64,000 nt of DNA, taken from contig JBBRPR010000049.1 in NCBI GenBank assembly GCA_038227875.1, positions 1 through 64,000 of the forward strand, read 5' to 3'. Below, one piece after another: positions 1-10,343 of this stretch. The notes under the pieces were generated by a model. It saw nothing but the letters and a program-made list of their open reading frames with translations. It was not told the origin of the DNA and did not search any database. This stretch comes from Planctomycetota bacterium. Lineage in GTDB: Bacteria; Planctomycetota; SZUA-567; H5-PLA8. How positions within the stretch are numbered: the first letter of the stretch is position 1; each line of letters starts with the position of its first letter. Made by a program: the position numbers and the translations under genes.

Positions 1-72
1 AAACGTGTCTCCCGCTGCCTGCGGCCCCATCCTGCCAACCTCTTCCACTATTTCGTCACTTTCCATTTTCAT
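1..72 (-). CDS. possible N-terminus of a gene running off the left edge
   Basis: Minus strand GGAG then ATG AAA ATG GAA AGT... (MKMESDEIVEEVGRMGPQAAGDTF), open to the window edge; too short to identify. Confidence 0.3.
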   Translation of the reverse strand, partial: MKMESDEIVEEVGRMGPQAAGDTF

Positions 73-231
73 CGCTCCCATACCTTTCTTCATCGGCACG
101 GGACGCTCTTCAATTTTCAACAATCAGTGGGACGCTTCCCGCTTTCCGGCGCTCCGAAAGATGCATGAAACGGAAATGAACGCACGAATTTGCCATGCGT
201 AATTGCCGGGATAAATGCGCGGAGATGCGAC

Positions 232-495
232 ATGAAAAACTCCAGAACAGAGCAGGAACTCGATGAACTGATCGACCTGGCGCGCAACTACTGCTCCGAA
301 CTTGCCCGTTACCGCGAGACACAAGCGGGAGGCCCGCTGTCCGCCGAAGACGACGAGCAGGCCAAGCGCAAACTCAGCCGCCTGAGCCGCAAACTTGAAC
401 TGCTGAAAAGCAACAGTGAACTGGACCGCACACGCGCCAGAGCCACGACCCGGATTATTCCCATGGACCGATTTAAGAGAAAGGCGGCACGATGA
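232..495 (+). CDS. small hypothetical helical protein (~87 aa)
   Basis: GGAGA RBS at 221-225, ATG 232, coiled-coil-like sequence, ATGA overlap with the next gene. Confidence 0.6.
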   Translation: MKNSRTEQELDELIDLARNYCSELARYRETQAGGPLSAEDDEQAKRKLSRLSRKLELLKSNSELDRTRARATTRIIPMDRFKRKAAR

Positions 496-1631
496 ACTGC
501 TCACCATCCCTCGAATCTGCGGCCCACGCAGCAGAGACCGCCGCGGAGCGCCCACCCATCGCGTTCTTGCGCGAACTGATCGCGGCGGCCGTTCGCGCAC
601 CATCTGGCGACAATATGCAACCTTGGCGTTTCAGTGCCAACGGCGACGAAGGCGTCATTGACGTCTTCCTCGATCGCGAGCGCGATCCGTCGCCCATGAA
701 TTCCGGCCAACGCATGTCACTGATCGCCTGTGGGGCGGCCATCGAGAATGCGCTGCTCATCGCGACCGAGCGCGGCTGGTGCACAGACCTGGAACTGCCG
801 GACCCAGGGTTGAATTTGATCCGTTCTCCGTGGATCGCGCGTATTCACATCGGCCCGCGTTGCGCGCCGGCGCACTCCGCAAACTCTTTCCATCTGATCA
901 TGGAACGGGTGGTCAATCGACGCATCTACGATGCGCGACCGGTTTCTCCGGTCGTCCTCTCCGACTTGGAACACGCGACGCCTCAATTGCACGGCACGTC
1001 CACGCATTGGATCGACGACCGCGGCAGCGTCGATGAACTGGCCGGCCTGATCGCCCGGGGCGACGAGATCATGTTCGGCGAGCCGACCATGCGCGCCGCC
1101 TTCCTGGCCAACGTGCGCTTCGACCTACCGGCAAGAGCTCAGGTCTGCGAAGGATTGTCCCTGGCGTCGCTGGAAACGCCGCCCCCCCTGGGAGCCGCGC
1201 TGCGATTGATGAAACATATTCCTCATGGGATGTTTCAGCTCATGGGCTGCCGGAATATTTTTGCGGCCCATGCCCGCAAACTCGTGCGCAGCGCATCCGG
1301 TCTGTGTGTGATTACCATCGATAGCCCCGAGCAGCGCAAGGAGCTTCACGTCGGGCGGGCCCTGCAGCGCGCCTGGCTGGCGCTGACGGGATTGGGTTTC
1401 GCCGCGCAACCGATGATGTCCCTGCTGGTCCTCGACAACGCCCTCCGTCACGGTACCCCGGAGTTGGTCGCGCGCTTGAAACAGCAGCGCGCCAAGGCGC
1501 TGCTAGAGGAATTAAATGCGGTACTTCTGAATTTGGGGATCGTCGGCCGACCCGCCTTTTTGCTGCGCTTTGGCCATGCGGAGCCTCCCAGCGGCAGAAC
1601 CGGACGTCGCGACACGGAGAACCGCGCGTGA
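492..1631 (+). CDS. nitroreductase-fold flavin oxidase (Acg/TyzC/OxzB-oxidase-like), paralog 1
   Basis: AAVRAPSGDNMQPWRF, GAAIEN, R-x-x-NRRIYD, GRALQRAWLALT..G..AQPM and LLRFG motifs. Confidence 0.85.
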   Translation: MNCSPSLESAAHAAETAAERPPIAFLRELIAAAVRAPSGDNMQPWRFSANGDEGVIDVFLDRERDPSPMNSGQRMSLIACGAAIENALLIATERGWCTDLELPDPGLNLIRSPWIARIHIGPRCAPAHSANSFHLIMERVVNRRIYDARPVSPVVLSDLEHATPQLHGTSTHWIDDRGSVDELAGLIARGDEIMFGEPTMRAAFLANVRFDLPARAQVCEGLSLASLETPPPLGAALRLMKHIPHGMFQLMGCRNIFAAHARKLVRSASGLCVITIDSPEQRKELHVGRALQRAWLALTGLGFAAQPMMSLLVLDNALRHGTPELVARLKQQRAKALLEELNAVLLNLGIVGRPAFLLRFGHAEPPSGRTGRRDTENRA

Positions 1632-2761
1632 TTTCCATCGGCTGGCGCAATCTCAAGCGGGATCCGACGCGCGGCGCGATCGCCGTCCTGGGCGTCGTCT
1701 TTGCCGTTGTGCTGGTCACAGTCGAAGTCGGCATGTTACTGGGGCTGGTGCGCAATGCTTCACTGCTGATCGACAATTCACGCGCCGACCTGTGGATTTC
1801 CACCGTGGACGTGAAGACCTTTGATTTCGCTACTCCCGTCGATCAGCGCAAACGGTATCGTATTGAGGCCGTACCGGGAGTGCAGTTGGTCGAAGAATTC
1901 AACGTCTCTTACAGCATTTGGAAATTGCCCGGCGGTGGCAATGCCAACTGCCAGGTCATCGCCATGGACGACCGCAACCGTCTCTCGGCGCCGCTGAATC
2001 TGGTTGCGGGAAGCGTGGAAGCCTTGCACAACCAGGATGCCATCATCATTGATGAAGGCGAACGTGTGAAGCTCGGCAATCCACACGTGGGCGATACGGT
2101 CGAAGTTTTCGGGCATCGCGCGAAAATTGTCGGCTTCACGAGGGACATGCGTTCGTTCACCACAACTCCGTTTGTGTTCTGTTCCCTGCGCCGCGGCGTT
2201 AACTACGGCGACCTGCTCCACGACAACAACCGCATTTCGATCTACTTTCTGGCGAAAATTAAACCTGGTTTCGACCGCGAAGCCGTCCGCGCTGCAATTG
2301 CCGCGGCTGTACCGAACATCGAGGTTCACACGCGAGAAGGGTTCAGCTGGCGCACGCGCAGCTACTGGTTGATCGAAACGGGCATGGGTCTCGGATTCCT
2401 TGCGGCGGCCATTCTGGGACTGATGGTTGGCGGCGTGATCGTCTCACAGACACTTTACGCCATGACCATGGAGAAGCTGCCTGAGTTTGGAGTATTGAAA
2501 GCGCTAGGCGCGACGATGGGTGAAATTTCCAGAGTTGTGCTGGAGCAGAGTCTGCTCTGTGGCGCAGTTGGATTGGCGATCGGACTTCTGGCGTCATGCG
2601 GGATTGGAGCAGCCGCAGGCGCGGCGGGAACATCGGTGGAACTACCCGCCTGGCTCATTGCTGGCATCGTCCTGCTTACGGCAGTGTTGTGTTCCGGCGC
2701 AGCACTGGTGTCGATCCTGCGACTGCGCCGGGTTGAGCCGGGCATGGTATTCCGAACCTGA
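1628..2761 (+). CDS. ABC transporter permease (FtsX/MacB/DevC-like)
   Basis: N-terminal 'IGWRNL' TM helix, periplasmic domain, 'EFGVLKALGA' motif, three C-terminal TMs, ends 'EPGMVFR'; GTGA overlap with upstream gene. Confidence 0.9.
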   Translation: MISIGWRNLKRDPTRGAIAVLGVVFAVVLVTVEVGMLLGLVRNASLLIDNSRADLWISTVDVKTFDFATPVDQRKRYRIEAVPGVQLVEEFNVSYSIWKLPGGGNANCQVIAMDDRNRLSAPLNLVAGSVEALHNQDAIIIDEGERVKLGNPHVGDTVEVFGHRAKIVGFTRDMRSFTTTPFVFCSLRRGVNYGDLLHDNNRISIYFLAKIKPGFDREAVRAAIAAAVPNIEVHTREGFSWRTRSYWLIETGMGLGFLAAAILGLMVGGVIVSQTLYAMTMEKLPEFGVLKALGATMGEISRVVLEQSLLCGAVGLAIGLLASCGIGAAAGAAGTSVELPAWLIAGIVLLTAVLCSGAALVSILRLRRVEPGMVFRT

Positions 2762-2945
2762 CTCGGAAATATAGAATCTGCGACAACAACGCGGGGAAAG
2801 ACGTGACTGCGTTACTTTTCGGCGAAGTATGCCCGCTTTTGGAACCCGCTAGTCATATAAAAAACTGAGTACCGCCTGGACCTGGAGCGATCAAATGGTA
2901 AATCCAGTAGGACTGGTACCATGAATTGCAAAGGTGCGGGCGGGT

Positions 2946-4637
2946 ATGCATTATTCTTGGTCTGTACTGCTTCTAATGTTAGTCCTTGCGCATCGGACGC
3001 ATGCAGAAGAGTTCACGGCAGTCGCATCGCCACCCGGAGAAGGAAAGAGCTACGAGTTTCCAACCCAAGAAACCGTATTGTCCTCCGCTCCGCTGCGCGC
3101 TGTCGCTACTTTTAATTCAATCGGCCTCTACTGGAAACCGGAGCATGGCTCGGTGGCCAACGAAGGGCTCGTTCGATTTCGCCAATCCGGAACTGCGGGG
3201 TGGAGACAGGCCCACTCGCTCTGGTTCGACGATCGCGCGTTGGCGTCAGTTCAAGCGCATAGTCAGGAGTACCGTGGGTCCATCGTCATGCTCAAGCCAA
3301 ATACGAGCTATGACATCGAAACGTACGTCTCGGGTTCCCCCGAATTTTCCCGCACGACCGTAAGAACGTGGAGTGAACAATTTCCAATCGCGAAAACGGT
3401 TATGGTTCCAGCCGCGATCGGCACGACCTGCACAATTACAGAATCTGGAACTCCCAATGGGTATATTTTGTACACAGCAGCGGCGGAAACCGTTCTCGAT
3501 GCGGACAACAAGGCTGACTGCAATATTCATTTAAGCGCATCGTACGTCATCGTTCGGGGACTCACGCTTAAGAATGCGGCGCATCATGGCATTCTTGTCG
3601 ATCATGAATGCCACGACGTTGTCATCGAAAACAACGACATCAGCAACTGGGGTGCGATCGCGCCGGACGGATGGGGAATAGATTCGGAGGCGGCAATCTG
3701 GGTTGGCGATGGAAACGGCAAAGGTTTCAATCGCTTTGTCATTCAGCGAAACAAACTCCACAACCCGCGGGGAAATTCCAATAACTGGACACAGTCCCGT
3801 CCGTTCTACAAGAACGACCCACATCCTTACGGTCCAATTCCAATCTTTCTGTACAATACCGAAGGCAACCACGTCATCCGGTTCAACGAAATCTACGGAG
3901 ACGCAACCCATTACTTTAATGACGGAATCGGAGGTGCCGACAATTTCAGCTTCGTCGGTTCGCCAGGCATTGACTCCGATATTAACGGAAACTCCATCTC
4001 CAATGTCTGGGATGACGGCATCGAAGCCGAAGGGGCGAATATGAATGTGCGAATCTGGGACAATCGACTGGATAAGTGCTACACCATGATTGCGCATTCC
4101 TCAACCAGCCTCGGTCCGGTCTATGATTTTCGAAACATTCTTTATCGTACTGAAAAGGCTCCTGGCGATCCGAAAGGAACTCTCTTTAAATTGCAGAGCC
4201 GCAAGAACGAAGAGACCAGCGGAGGCCGCGTGTATATTTACCACAACACCGCGTTCAACGACGGCCAAACGCCGCCGAATCTTGGACTAACCGGCTCGGG
4301 CCAGGCGTTGATGAATACGGTCACGCGAAACAATATCTTTAATGCCGAGACCGTAATTGACGAGGGCGACAAGAACGCCGACAAACTCAACGATTTTGAC
4401 TATGACGTTTATCTCGGAATGGTGAATGACGATCCACGACACGAAAGCCACGGAATCAAAGCAGCCTCCATTTACGATTCGAGTCACGCGTCTGGTGCCT
4501 ATACGTTAAATGCCTCTTCACCTGGCATCGACTATGGCGTAAGGATTCCCAATTTTAACGACTACTATTACGGCAAAGGTCCGGACTGCGGCGCTCAGGA
4601 AAGAGGCGCAGAGCCGTTGAAGTTTGGAAATCAATAG
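2946..4637 (+). CDS. secreted right-handed parallel beta-helix protein (pectate-lyase-like fold)
   Basis: Signal peptide MHYSWSVLLLMLVLAHRTHA; repeated 'IENNDI', 'IRFNEI', 'DDGIEAEG', 'YHNT', 'RNNIF'; C-terminal 'SPGIDYG..IPNFND....PDCGAQE'. Confidence 0.8.
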   Translation: MHYSWSVLLLMLVLAHRTHAEEFTAVASPPGEGKSYEFPTQETVLSSAPLRAVATFNSIGLYWKPEHGSVANEGLVRFRQSGTAGWRQAHSLWFDDRALASVQAHSQEYRGSIVMLKPNTSYDIETYVSGSPEFSRTTVRTWSEQFPIAKTVMVPAAIGTTCTITESGTPNGYILYTAAAETVLDADNKADCNIHLSASYVIVRGLTLKNAAHHGILVDHECHDVVIENNDISNWGAIAPDGWGIDSEAAIWVGDGNGKGFNRFVIQRNKLHNPRGNSNNWTQSRPFYKNDPHPYGPIPIFLYNTEGNHVIRFNEIYGDATHYFNDGIGGADNFSFVGSPGIDSDINGNSISNVWDDGIEAEGANMNVRIWDNRLDKCYTMIAHSSTSLGPVYDFRNILYRTEKAPGDPKGTLFKLQSRKNEETSGGRVYIYHNTAFNDGQTPPNLGLTGSGQALMNTVTRNNIFNAETVIDEGDKNADKLNDFDYDVYLGMVNDDPRHESHGIKAASIYDSSHASGAYTLNASSPGIDYGVRIPNFNDYYYGKGPDCGAQERGAEPLKFGNQ

Positions 4638-4795
4638 CGACTCGCGAAAATGCAGCGTTTGCAAAACGCCATATTGAACACCAGTAGTTCCCAATCGGAA
4701 ACTGCCACTTGTTGAAGCGTGCGGTCCGCGCATTCGAAATTACGTTTGATCCCGATCACAACACGCGCCGATTTAATCGGTCTGTAACAACATTT

Positions 4796-5181
4796 GATCA
4801 CTCTGCACAGCGACGCCACATGTTTGGTGGTCCTCCTTGACTCACGTGAAAGAATTTTAGCCATCAAGTCTGTGGGCATTTCAGAATAGCGAATGCAATG
4901 CGCAGGAAATCCGCGACGAGGTGGAAGCGAATCGCGAGTAAACGCCAGGTGTTCATCGAGACCTCCGAAGCCGTCTAATCTTACCCAGCGCGCCGCCGAA
5001 ACCTGCGCATTTCAACCTGGACCGTAAAAAGTGAGCTCCTCAAAATCTTCAGTTTGAAATGTGGATTGGACGCAAGCCTATGCTGCGCGGTCGTGACCTG
5101 GATCACTCCACGGTTGCACCACATGTTGGTGGACCTCCGTGACTCCCGTGATAGAAACTTAACCATCGAATCTACAGGGCA
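4796..5181 (+). repeat. degenerate ~82-bp direct repeat (4796-4878 and 5101-5181)
   Basis: gatcactc..ccacatgtttggtggtcctccttgactcacgtgaaagaattttagccatcaagtct..gggca versus gatcactc..ccacatgttggtggacctccgtgactcccgtgatagaaacttaaccatcgaatct..gggca. Confidence 0.85.
4900..5085 (+). pseudogene. frameshifted remnant resembling the C-terminus of a large serine recombinase (copy 1)
   Basis: Fragments QEIRDEVEA, NLTQRAAET and TVKSELLKIFSLKCGLDASLC; 4965-5061 closely matches 21163-21262. Confidence 0.55.
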
Positions 5182-5189
5182 ACGCAGAT

Positions 5190-8100
5190 ATGGCGAACGG
5201 GACCACCGAAAATGTATACGACGCTTCGTTTTACGAGAATTGCTGGAACGAATTATTAAAAGCAAGTCGCGAGTGGCAACATCAGATTGGCGTGGATCAA
5301 CTGCTCTCAAGTGTGTGTAAAAAGGCGCTGGAACTTCTGTCCGCCAAACGATCGGTCGCATTTCTCCTCGACCGCAATGGCCTTCATCCCCGCGCACAGT
5401 GGCCACAATCTCCCGGCGTTCCGATCATGCTGGAAACGGGAGAACTTGAGCTTGCACAAAGCGTTATTCAGGCGGGACGCTCTGCTTTCCTTCATAAAAA
5501 GGACGCGTCACAAGCTCACGTGGTGCTGTGCGCTCCGTTTACCGCGAGCCGTGAAATTCTCGGCGCGTTGTACCTGGAGTTTGCTGAACCGCATCGGCCG
5601 GTCAAGGCAAAAGACCAGCAGTTTGTGGATATGCTTGCGCAGCAGGCGGCCAGTTGCCTTGAACATGCCGTCCTTTACCAGTCCGCGATTACCGACCCAT
5701 TAACTGGCTTGTATTGCCACCGCCATTTTCAACAGGAAGTCGAACAGACTGTTCGTCGTGCCATCCGCAACGAACTTCCACTTACGCTGTTGTTGATGGA
5801 CCTCGATCATTTCAAGGCACTGAATGACAACTGCGGTCATGAGGCGGGCAATCAATGTCTCTTGCGCGTAACCGAGATTTTAAGAAGTACTTTCCGCCGC
5901 ACAGATGTGGTGGCACGTTTCGGCGGCGATGAATTCGAGATTTTGCTTCCGGACACCAAGGCGGGAGACGCGGAATCTGTCGCTGAGAAGGCACGGGAAT
6001 CCATCGCCGCCATCCCGCTTCCGCTAGGACGAAAGGTAAGTGCTACGATCGGCATCGCCTCTTATCCGGAGAATGCGCTCGAGGCCCAAGCTCTCTTTCT
6101 GCGGGCCGATGAGGCGCTATATGCCGCCAAGGAAGCGGGGCGCAATCGCATTGCCAGGGCGCAGGGGACGACTGTTCACGTTTCGGCCACGGGACGCGAC
6201 GCAACGCGTGACCGCGCTCGGAAGCCGGCGGATGCGGAATTTGACTCGACGAAAAAAATCGCGCAGCCAATTTCGCACGTGAACGCGCCGGCCGTGCAAA
6301 TGATCGATGGCCACGTGGTGTTGCGCAAACTCGGCGTCGGAAGCACGGGCGAAATTCTACTCGTCAATCAGCCGGGGCTTGAGCGTGAAGTGGTGCTCAA
6401 ACGTCCGCTTACGCCACATCTTAGTTTTGTTCAGGCACAGGCCTTTGAGCAGGAAGCCCGAACGACAGCTTCGTTGAACCATCCAGGCGTGGTGCCGATC
6501 TTTAACATCGGACGCGATCAGGACAGCCGGCGTTATTACACAATGAAACCGCTGGAAGGTCTTTCGCTTGCGGAGATCCTGGACAGGCGCCGCAAGGGGG
6601 ACATGGACCTGATCCACATTTTTACGAACAGCCGGTTGCTGGAAATTCTCCAACGCGTGTGCGAGACCATCGCGTACGCGCACAAACGCAACGTCCAGCA
6701 TTTGGATCTGACGCCTTCGAACATCATCGTTGGTGAATTTGGAGAGGTAACAGTCATAGACTGGGCCGGCAGTTCATCGCCGGGTGCAGACGCTTCCTCG
6801 GGTGAGGACAAACAATTAAAGGTGATCGGGTCGCCCGCCTACATTGCGCCCGAAATCCTGCGCGGAGGCCCGTCCAGTGCAAGTCCCGCCAGCGATGTTT
6901 TTGCGCTCGGAACGCTCTTCTACCTGCTCCTCACGGACCAGTTACCATTTCAAGGCGCATCGACTTCGGAAACGGTGGAAGCCATTCTGACTGGCAGCGC
7001 CGTCCCGCCGGATTTACTGCTACCCACTGCCGGAATCGACGGATTCCTCTCGTCGATCTGCATGCAAGCCCTCGCGCTTGAACCTTCAAAGCGACTGACG
7101 GCGCAAGGCCTCTCCGAACGGTTGGGCCGTTACGTGCGCCGCGAGATGGATTGGACTATTTTACGTTTTGGCGCCCAAGATCGACCAGTGGATTCGAGCG
7201 AGTGGACGACGCGCGCCGGTAGTTGGAAGCTCCGTGCCGGCGAATGGGTGACATGTGGGCCGGATACCGAATACGTCCTTCTCTGGAATGTTCCCGTGCC
7301 GGGATCATTCCGATTTATTTGTGAAGCGTGGATCGAGCCGGGGGCGGAAGCGACCGGTGAGATCTCATTGATTGGTCATCATGGTCGCAGTCGCGACGCG
7401 CGAAATAGTTTGTATCACGGCTATTTCTTCCAAGTGGGCGCGGAGCAAAATACCGCTGCCAAACTTGCCCGCCATGTGGCGGACACTGTGGTTGCGCCGG
7501 GTTGGACTCTGGTTCCGGGCCGCCGGTACCGCATTGAGCTCGAGTACCAGGACCAGGAAGGATATGTCCACTGCGCGGTCGACGGAAAAAGAATCTTCAG
7601 CTACCGCGAACTCTTCCCCTTTGACGGATCGCTGCTGGGTTTTTACGCGGTAACGGCGGGCACGCATTTTCGGCCGCTGGAAGTGCATCGCCAGAATTGG
7701 AATCTCCAGATTCCAGCGCTGCGCGCGGCGGACCGGCTTTACAGCCAAGGCCATACCAAGGATGCACTCGAGTGCTACCAGGAGATCGCGGTGCGGCAAC
7801 CCGATCGAATGGAGAGCACTGAGGCCACTTTAAAAATCGGCCTTTGCCAGGCCGCGTTAGGTCAGATTGACGCTGCGCGTCAGACGCTTCACAGCCTTGC
7901 GAACACCCATATGGAGCCGTTCGCGTTGGCCGAAGAAGCCATGATTTGCATGAGCGACACGGAGCTTTGTTTTAATATTTTCTCCACGCTCTTTGAAAAG
8001 TTCCCCGACAGTCAGGCGAAGACGCGAGTAATGGATGCCCTCGGGGATCTGCGATCTTTTTTAAATCCTCAGCGTCCGTTGGAGTGGAATATAGCCCGCT

Positions 8101-9113
8101 GGCTGGGAATTTGCCGGTTGGCCACTGCGGGATTTTCCCTGCCGGCGCACAGTCAAATCTATTCTCAGAGCCGAGCCGCTGTCTATCTTACATGGCTGGG
8201 TGAATGGGAAGAAGCACTTCGCACACACTTGGAATTTGGCAAGCGCCTGAACCCGAAGCAGCGTGAGTTAAGCCTCTACTCAGCCCCATTAATCTATCTG
8301 GCGCTGGCGACAGGCAGAGACGACCTAATCAAGAAACCTCTTGACGACGAATTTCGTGGAGCAGGCAACGATTGGTTGACTGGAGTGGCGTTTCATACCG
8401 ATATCCGGAATGGCGATCCCGATAAGGCCCTGAATCGAGTTCACTCGAAGCCCGACGTGGATGCGAACAGGACCTTATTGCTACACCTCGCAAAGAAAGA
8501 TCTCAAGAGCGCGGCTGAATGGCTCCGCCACAAGATACTTGGCAGCTTCAAATCCTACGATGTGTGGCCATTTTATTTTTCCGGTGGCATCGTAGTGGAC
8601 ACTCTGAACTGCGAATTGATCGACCCGTTTGTAGAACAATTTAAGAATCCGGAGCCTGAAATGGCTTTGATGCTTCGATGGCTGCGCGCCCGTTACGCGA
8701 TTTCAACTGCGTCCTTTGAAGAGGCCGCGCAGCATCTGGAGGGGATTGAACCGATCTTGGATGTTCATGCGTATTTCAGAAGTTACCCGCTCCTGCAAGT
8801 ACTCTGTGCGTCATTGGGCACGTTAAAGAATCCATCGCTTGCGGAATTAAATTCCTCGTACGCAACAAGCCTGAGCGGAGTCAACCGCGATCTGGCGGAG
8901 ATGTTTCTGGGACTGCGAGAGCCAGTTCCCAACAAACGCTGGCCTCATCATGCATGGCGCCCGGAATTGCGTCTATGGCTGGCCTTGTGGTTGGAGGCAA
9001 AAGGAAAACCGAAGGAGGCTCACGACGTTGTCGCGCCATCCCGCGATTCACGCTACGGACTTACGCATTGCCAGCCGGCGATTGAACTGCTGCTTGCACG
9101 CACTTCCAAGTGA
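5190..9113 (+). CDS. GAF - GGDEF diguanylate cyclase - Ser/Thr kinase - beta-sandwich - TPR-like fusion protein
   Basis: GAF-like N-terminus, TDPLTGL, DLDHFK..ND..GH, RRTD I-site plus RFGGDEF; then LGVGSTG, VVLKR, HLDLTPSN, IDW, GSPAYIAPE, SDVFALG; helical repeats at the C-terminus. Confidence 0.9.
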   Translation: MANGTTENVYDASFYENCWNELLKASREWQHQIGVDQLLSSVCKKALELLSAKRSVAFLLDRNGLHPRAQWPQSPGVPIMLETGELELAQSVIQAGRSAFLHKKDASQAHVVLCAPFTASREILGALYLEFAEPHRPVKAKDQQFVDMLAQQAASCLEHAVLYQSAITDPLTGLYCHRHFQQEVEQTVRRAIRNELPLTLLLMDLDHFKALNDNCGHEAGNQCLLRVTEILRSTFRRTDVVARFGGDEFEILLPDTKAGDAESVAEKARESIAAIPLPLGRKVSATIGIASYPENALEAQALFLRADEALYAAKEAGRNRIARAQGTTVHVSATGRDATRDRARKPADAEFDSTKKIAQPISHVNAPAVQMIDGHVVLRKLGVGSTGEILLVNQPGLEREVVLKRPLTPHLSFVQAQAFEQEARTTASLNHPGVVPIFNIGRDQDSRRYYTMKPLEGLSLAEILDRRRKGDMDLIHIFTNSRLLEILQRVCETIAYAHKRNVQHLDLTPSNIIVGEFGEVTVIDWAGSSSPGADASSGEDKQLKVIGSPAYIAPEILRGGPSSASPASDVFALGTLFYLLLTDQLPFQGASTSETVEAILTGSAVPPDLLLPTAGIDGFLSSICMQALALEPSKRLTAQGLSERLGRYVRREMDWTILRFGAQDRPVDSSEWTTRAGSWKLRAGEWVTCGPDTEYVLLWNVPVPGSFRFICEAWIEPGAEATGEISLIGHHGRSRDARNSLYHGYFFQVGAEQNTAAKLARHVADTVVAPGWTLVPGRRYRIELEYQDQEGYVHCAVDGKRIFSYRELFPFDGSLLGFYAVTAGTHFRPLEVHRQNWNLQIPALRAADRLYSQGHTKDALECYQEIAVRQPDRMESTEATLKIGLCQAALGQIDAARQTLHSLANTHMEPFALAEEAMICMSDTELCFNIFSTLFEKFPDSQAKTRVMDALGDLRSFLNPQRPLEWNIARWLGICRLATAGFSLPAHSQIYSQSRAAVYLTWLGEWEEALRTHLEFGKRLNPKQRELSLYSAPLIYLALATGRDDLIKKPLDDEFRGAGNDWLTGVAFHTDIRNGDPDKALNRVHSKPDVDANRTLLLHLAKKDLKSAAEWLRHKILGSFKSYDVWPFYFSGGIVVDTLNCELIDPFVEQFKNPEPEMALMLRWLRARYAISTASFEEAAQHLEGIEPILDVHAYFRSYPLLQVLCASLGTLKNPSLAELNSSYATSLSGVNRDLAEMFLGLREPVPNKRWPHHAWRPELRLWLALWLEAKGKPKEAHDVVAPSRDSRYGLTHCQPAIELLLARTSK

Positions 9114-9134
9114 TTCAAGAAGCTGCGAGTGGGC

Positions 9135-10067
9135 CTATTCGCTCAATCCGGCTTCGCGGCTGCGAACGACATATTGCATTGCAGACATTCGCTCCAACCT
9201 GCGGAAAACGCGGCAGAAGTAGATGGGAGAGGCAAATCCGGTTTGGTATGCGACTTCCTTCACGGACGGAAACGACTGAGTCATGAGGAGCTCCTTAGCG
9301 GCTTCAATTCTGGTGTGCAGCAGAAAATCAACGACGCTTTGCCCAAGATATTGCTGAAAGCAACGGCTTAAATGTGCCGGGCTGAGTCCAATTTCCTCTG
9401 CGACCTCTGACAAGGATATCTTCTTATCGTAATTCAGCCGGATGAAGTTGCACGCTCTGCGAACATGAGCCTGTTGCGGCGACGCGTCGCTTGACGACCC
9501 TGCTTTCAAGATGCGTTGCATGATCGCGCGATGCAGTATGGAAATCAAATGCCCGCAGATGAGATGTGTGCTGCGGTTCGATGCGCCACATAGTCTCGAA
9601 CAATCATTGAGCTCAGAACAAAGCTGAATCACACCGTCACGATCCCGCCCCAATTGCATGTGCCTTGGAATGATCCACGACGATTGCTCCGGCGACGATG
9701 CGTAAATCGAATCGGCAGTGGCGTCTTGTGTGGCAAGGTAACCGACGTGCGGATTTTCAAAGAAGCTGAAGTGAATCCAGATCAAGCTCGTGCCAGGGGC
9801 GCTGGGTGCAATGCTGGCCTGATGCAAACCGGGGCCGATGATATGAATCTCCCCACTTCGCAGGCGAAACGGCTCTGCGCCGCCTGGCAAATAGTCGATC
9901 AGCGACAGCTCGCCTTTCAGCACAATGTACGCCACGAAGCAGTTCTTGGCACGCTTTGCCTGTCCGCTTGGAGTTGAAAGATCCATGCGTCCGCTACCCG
10001 TGTGGTGGACGAATGACTGGGGGGAAACCTCATAGGCAAATATAGTTTCCGGCATAAGTCCTCGCAT
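9135..10067 (-). CDS. AraC family transcriptional regulator
   Basis: Cupin-like N-terminus; C-terminal 'ISLSEVAEEIGLSPAHLSRCF...SVKEVAYQTGFASPIYFCRVFRR'. Confidence 0.92.
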   Translation of the reverse strand: MRGLMPETIFAYEVSPQSFVHHTGSGRMDLSTPSGQAKRAKNCFVAYIVLKGELSLIDYLPGGAEPFRLRSGEIHIIGPGLHQASIAPSAPGTSLIWIHFSFFENPHVGYLATQDATADSIYASSPEQSSWIIPRHMQLGRDRDGVIQLCSELNDCSRLCGASNRSTHLICGHLISILHRAIMQRILKAGSSSDASPQQAHVRRACNFIRLNYDKKISLSEVAEEIGLSPAHLSRCFQQYLGQSVVDFLLHTRIEAAKELLMTQSFPSVKEVAYQTGFASPIYFCRVFRRLERMSAMQYVVRSREAGLSE

Positions 10068-10343
10068 CAGCCGCCGGTCAAGTCTTAGCGCTCCAAGAGG
10101 ATCGCGTCAAAATTGTTTTATCACGCGCAGGGTTCGTTTCAGAGTTGAAGATGTCACCAAGTCTCTAATTCAGGTAGATTTTGGGCATCTACCGCGATTT
10201 TGAGAGTCTGTACCTCGGGAAGCGGTTCAGGAATTTGTTGAAAGAAATTTAAAAATCTCAGCCCAAAGGTCCGGTTGCGGACTCACGATGGTGAAGGGCA
10301 GGGAATGGTGTGTTGGGTAACTCAGCTTGAGTTTGGAACGCAA

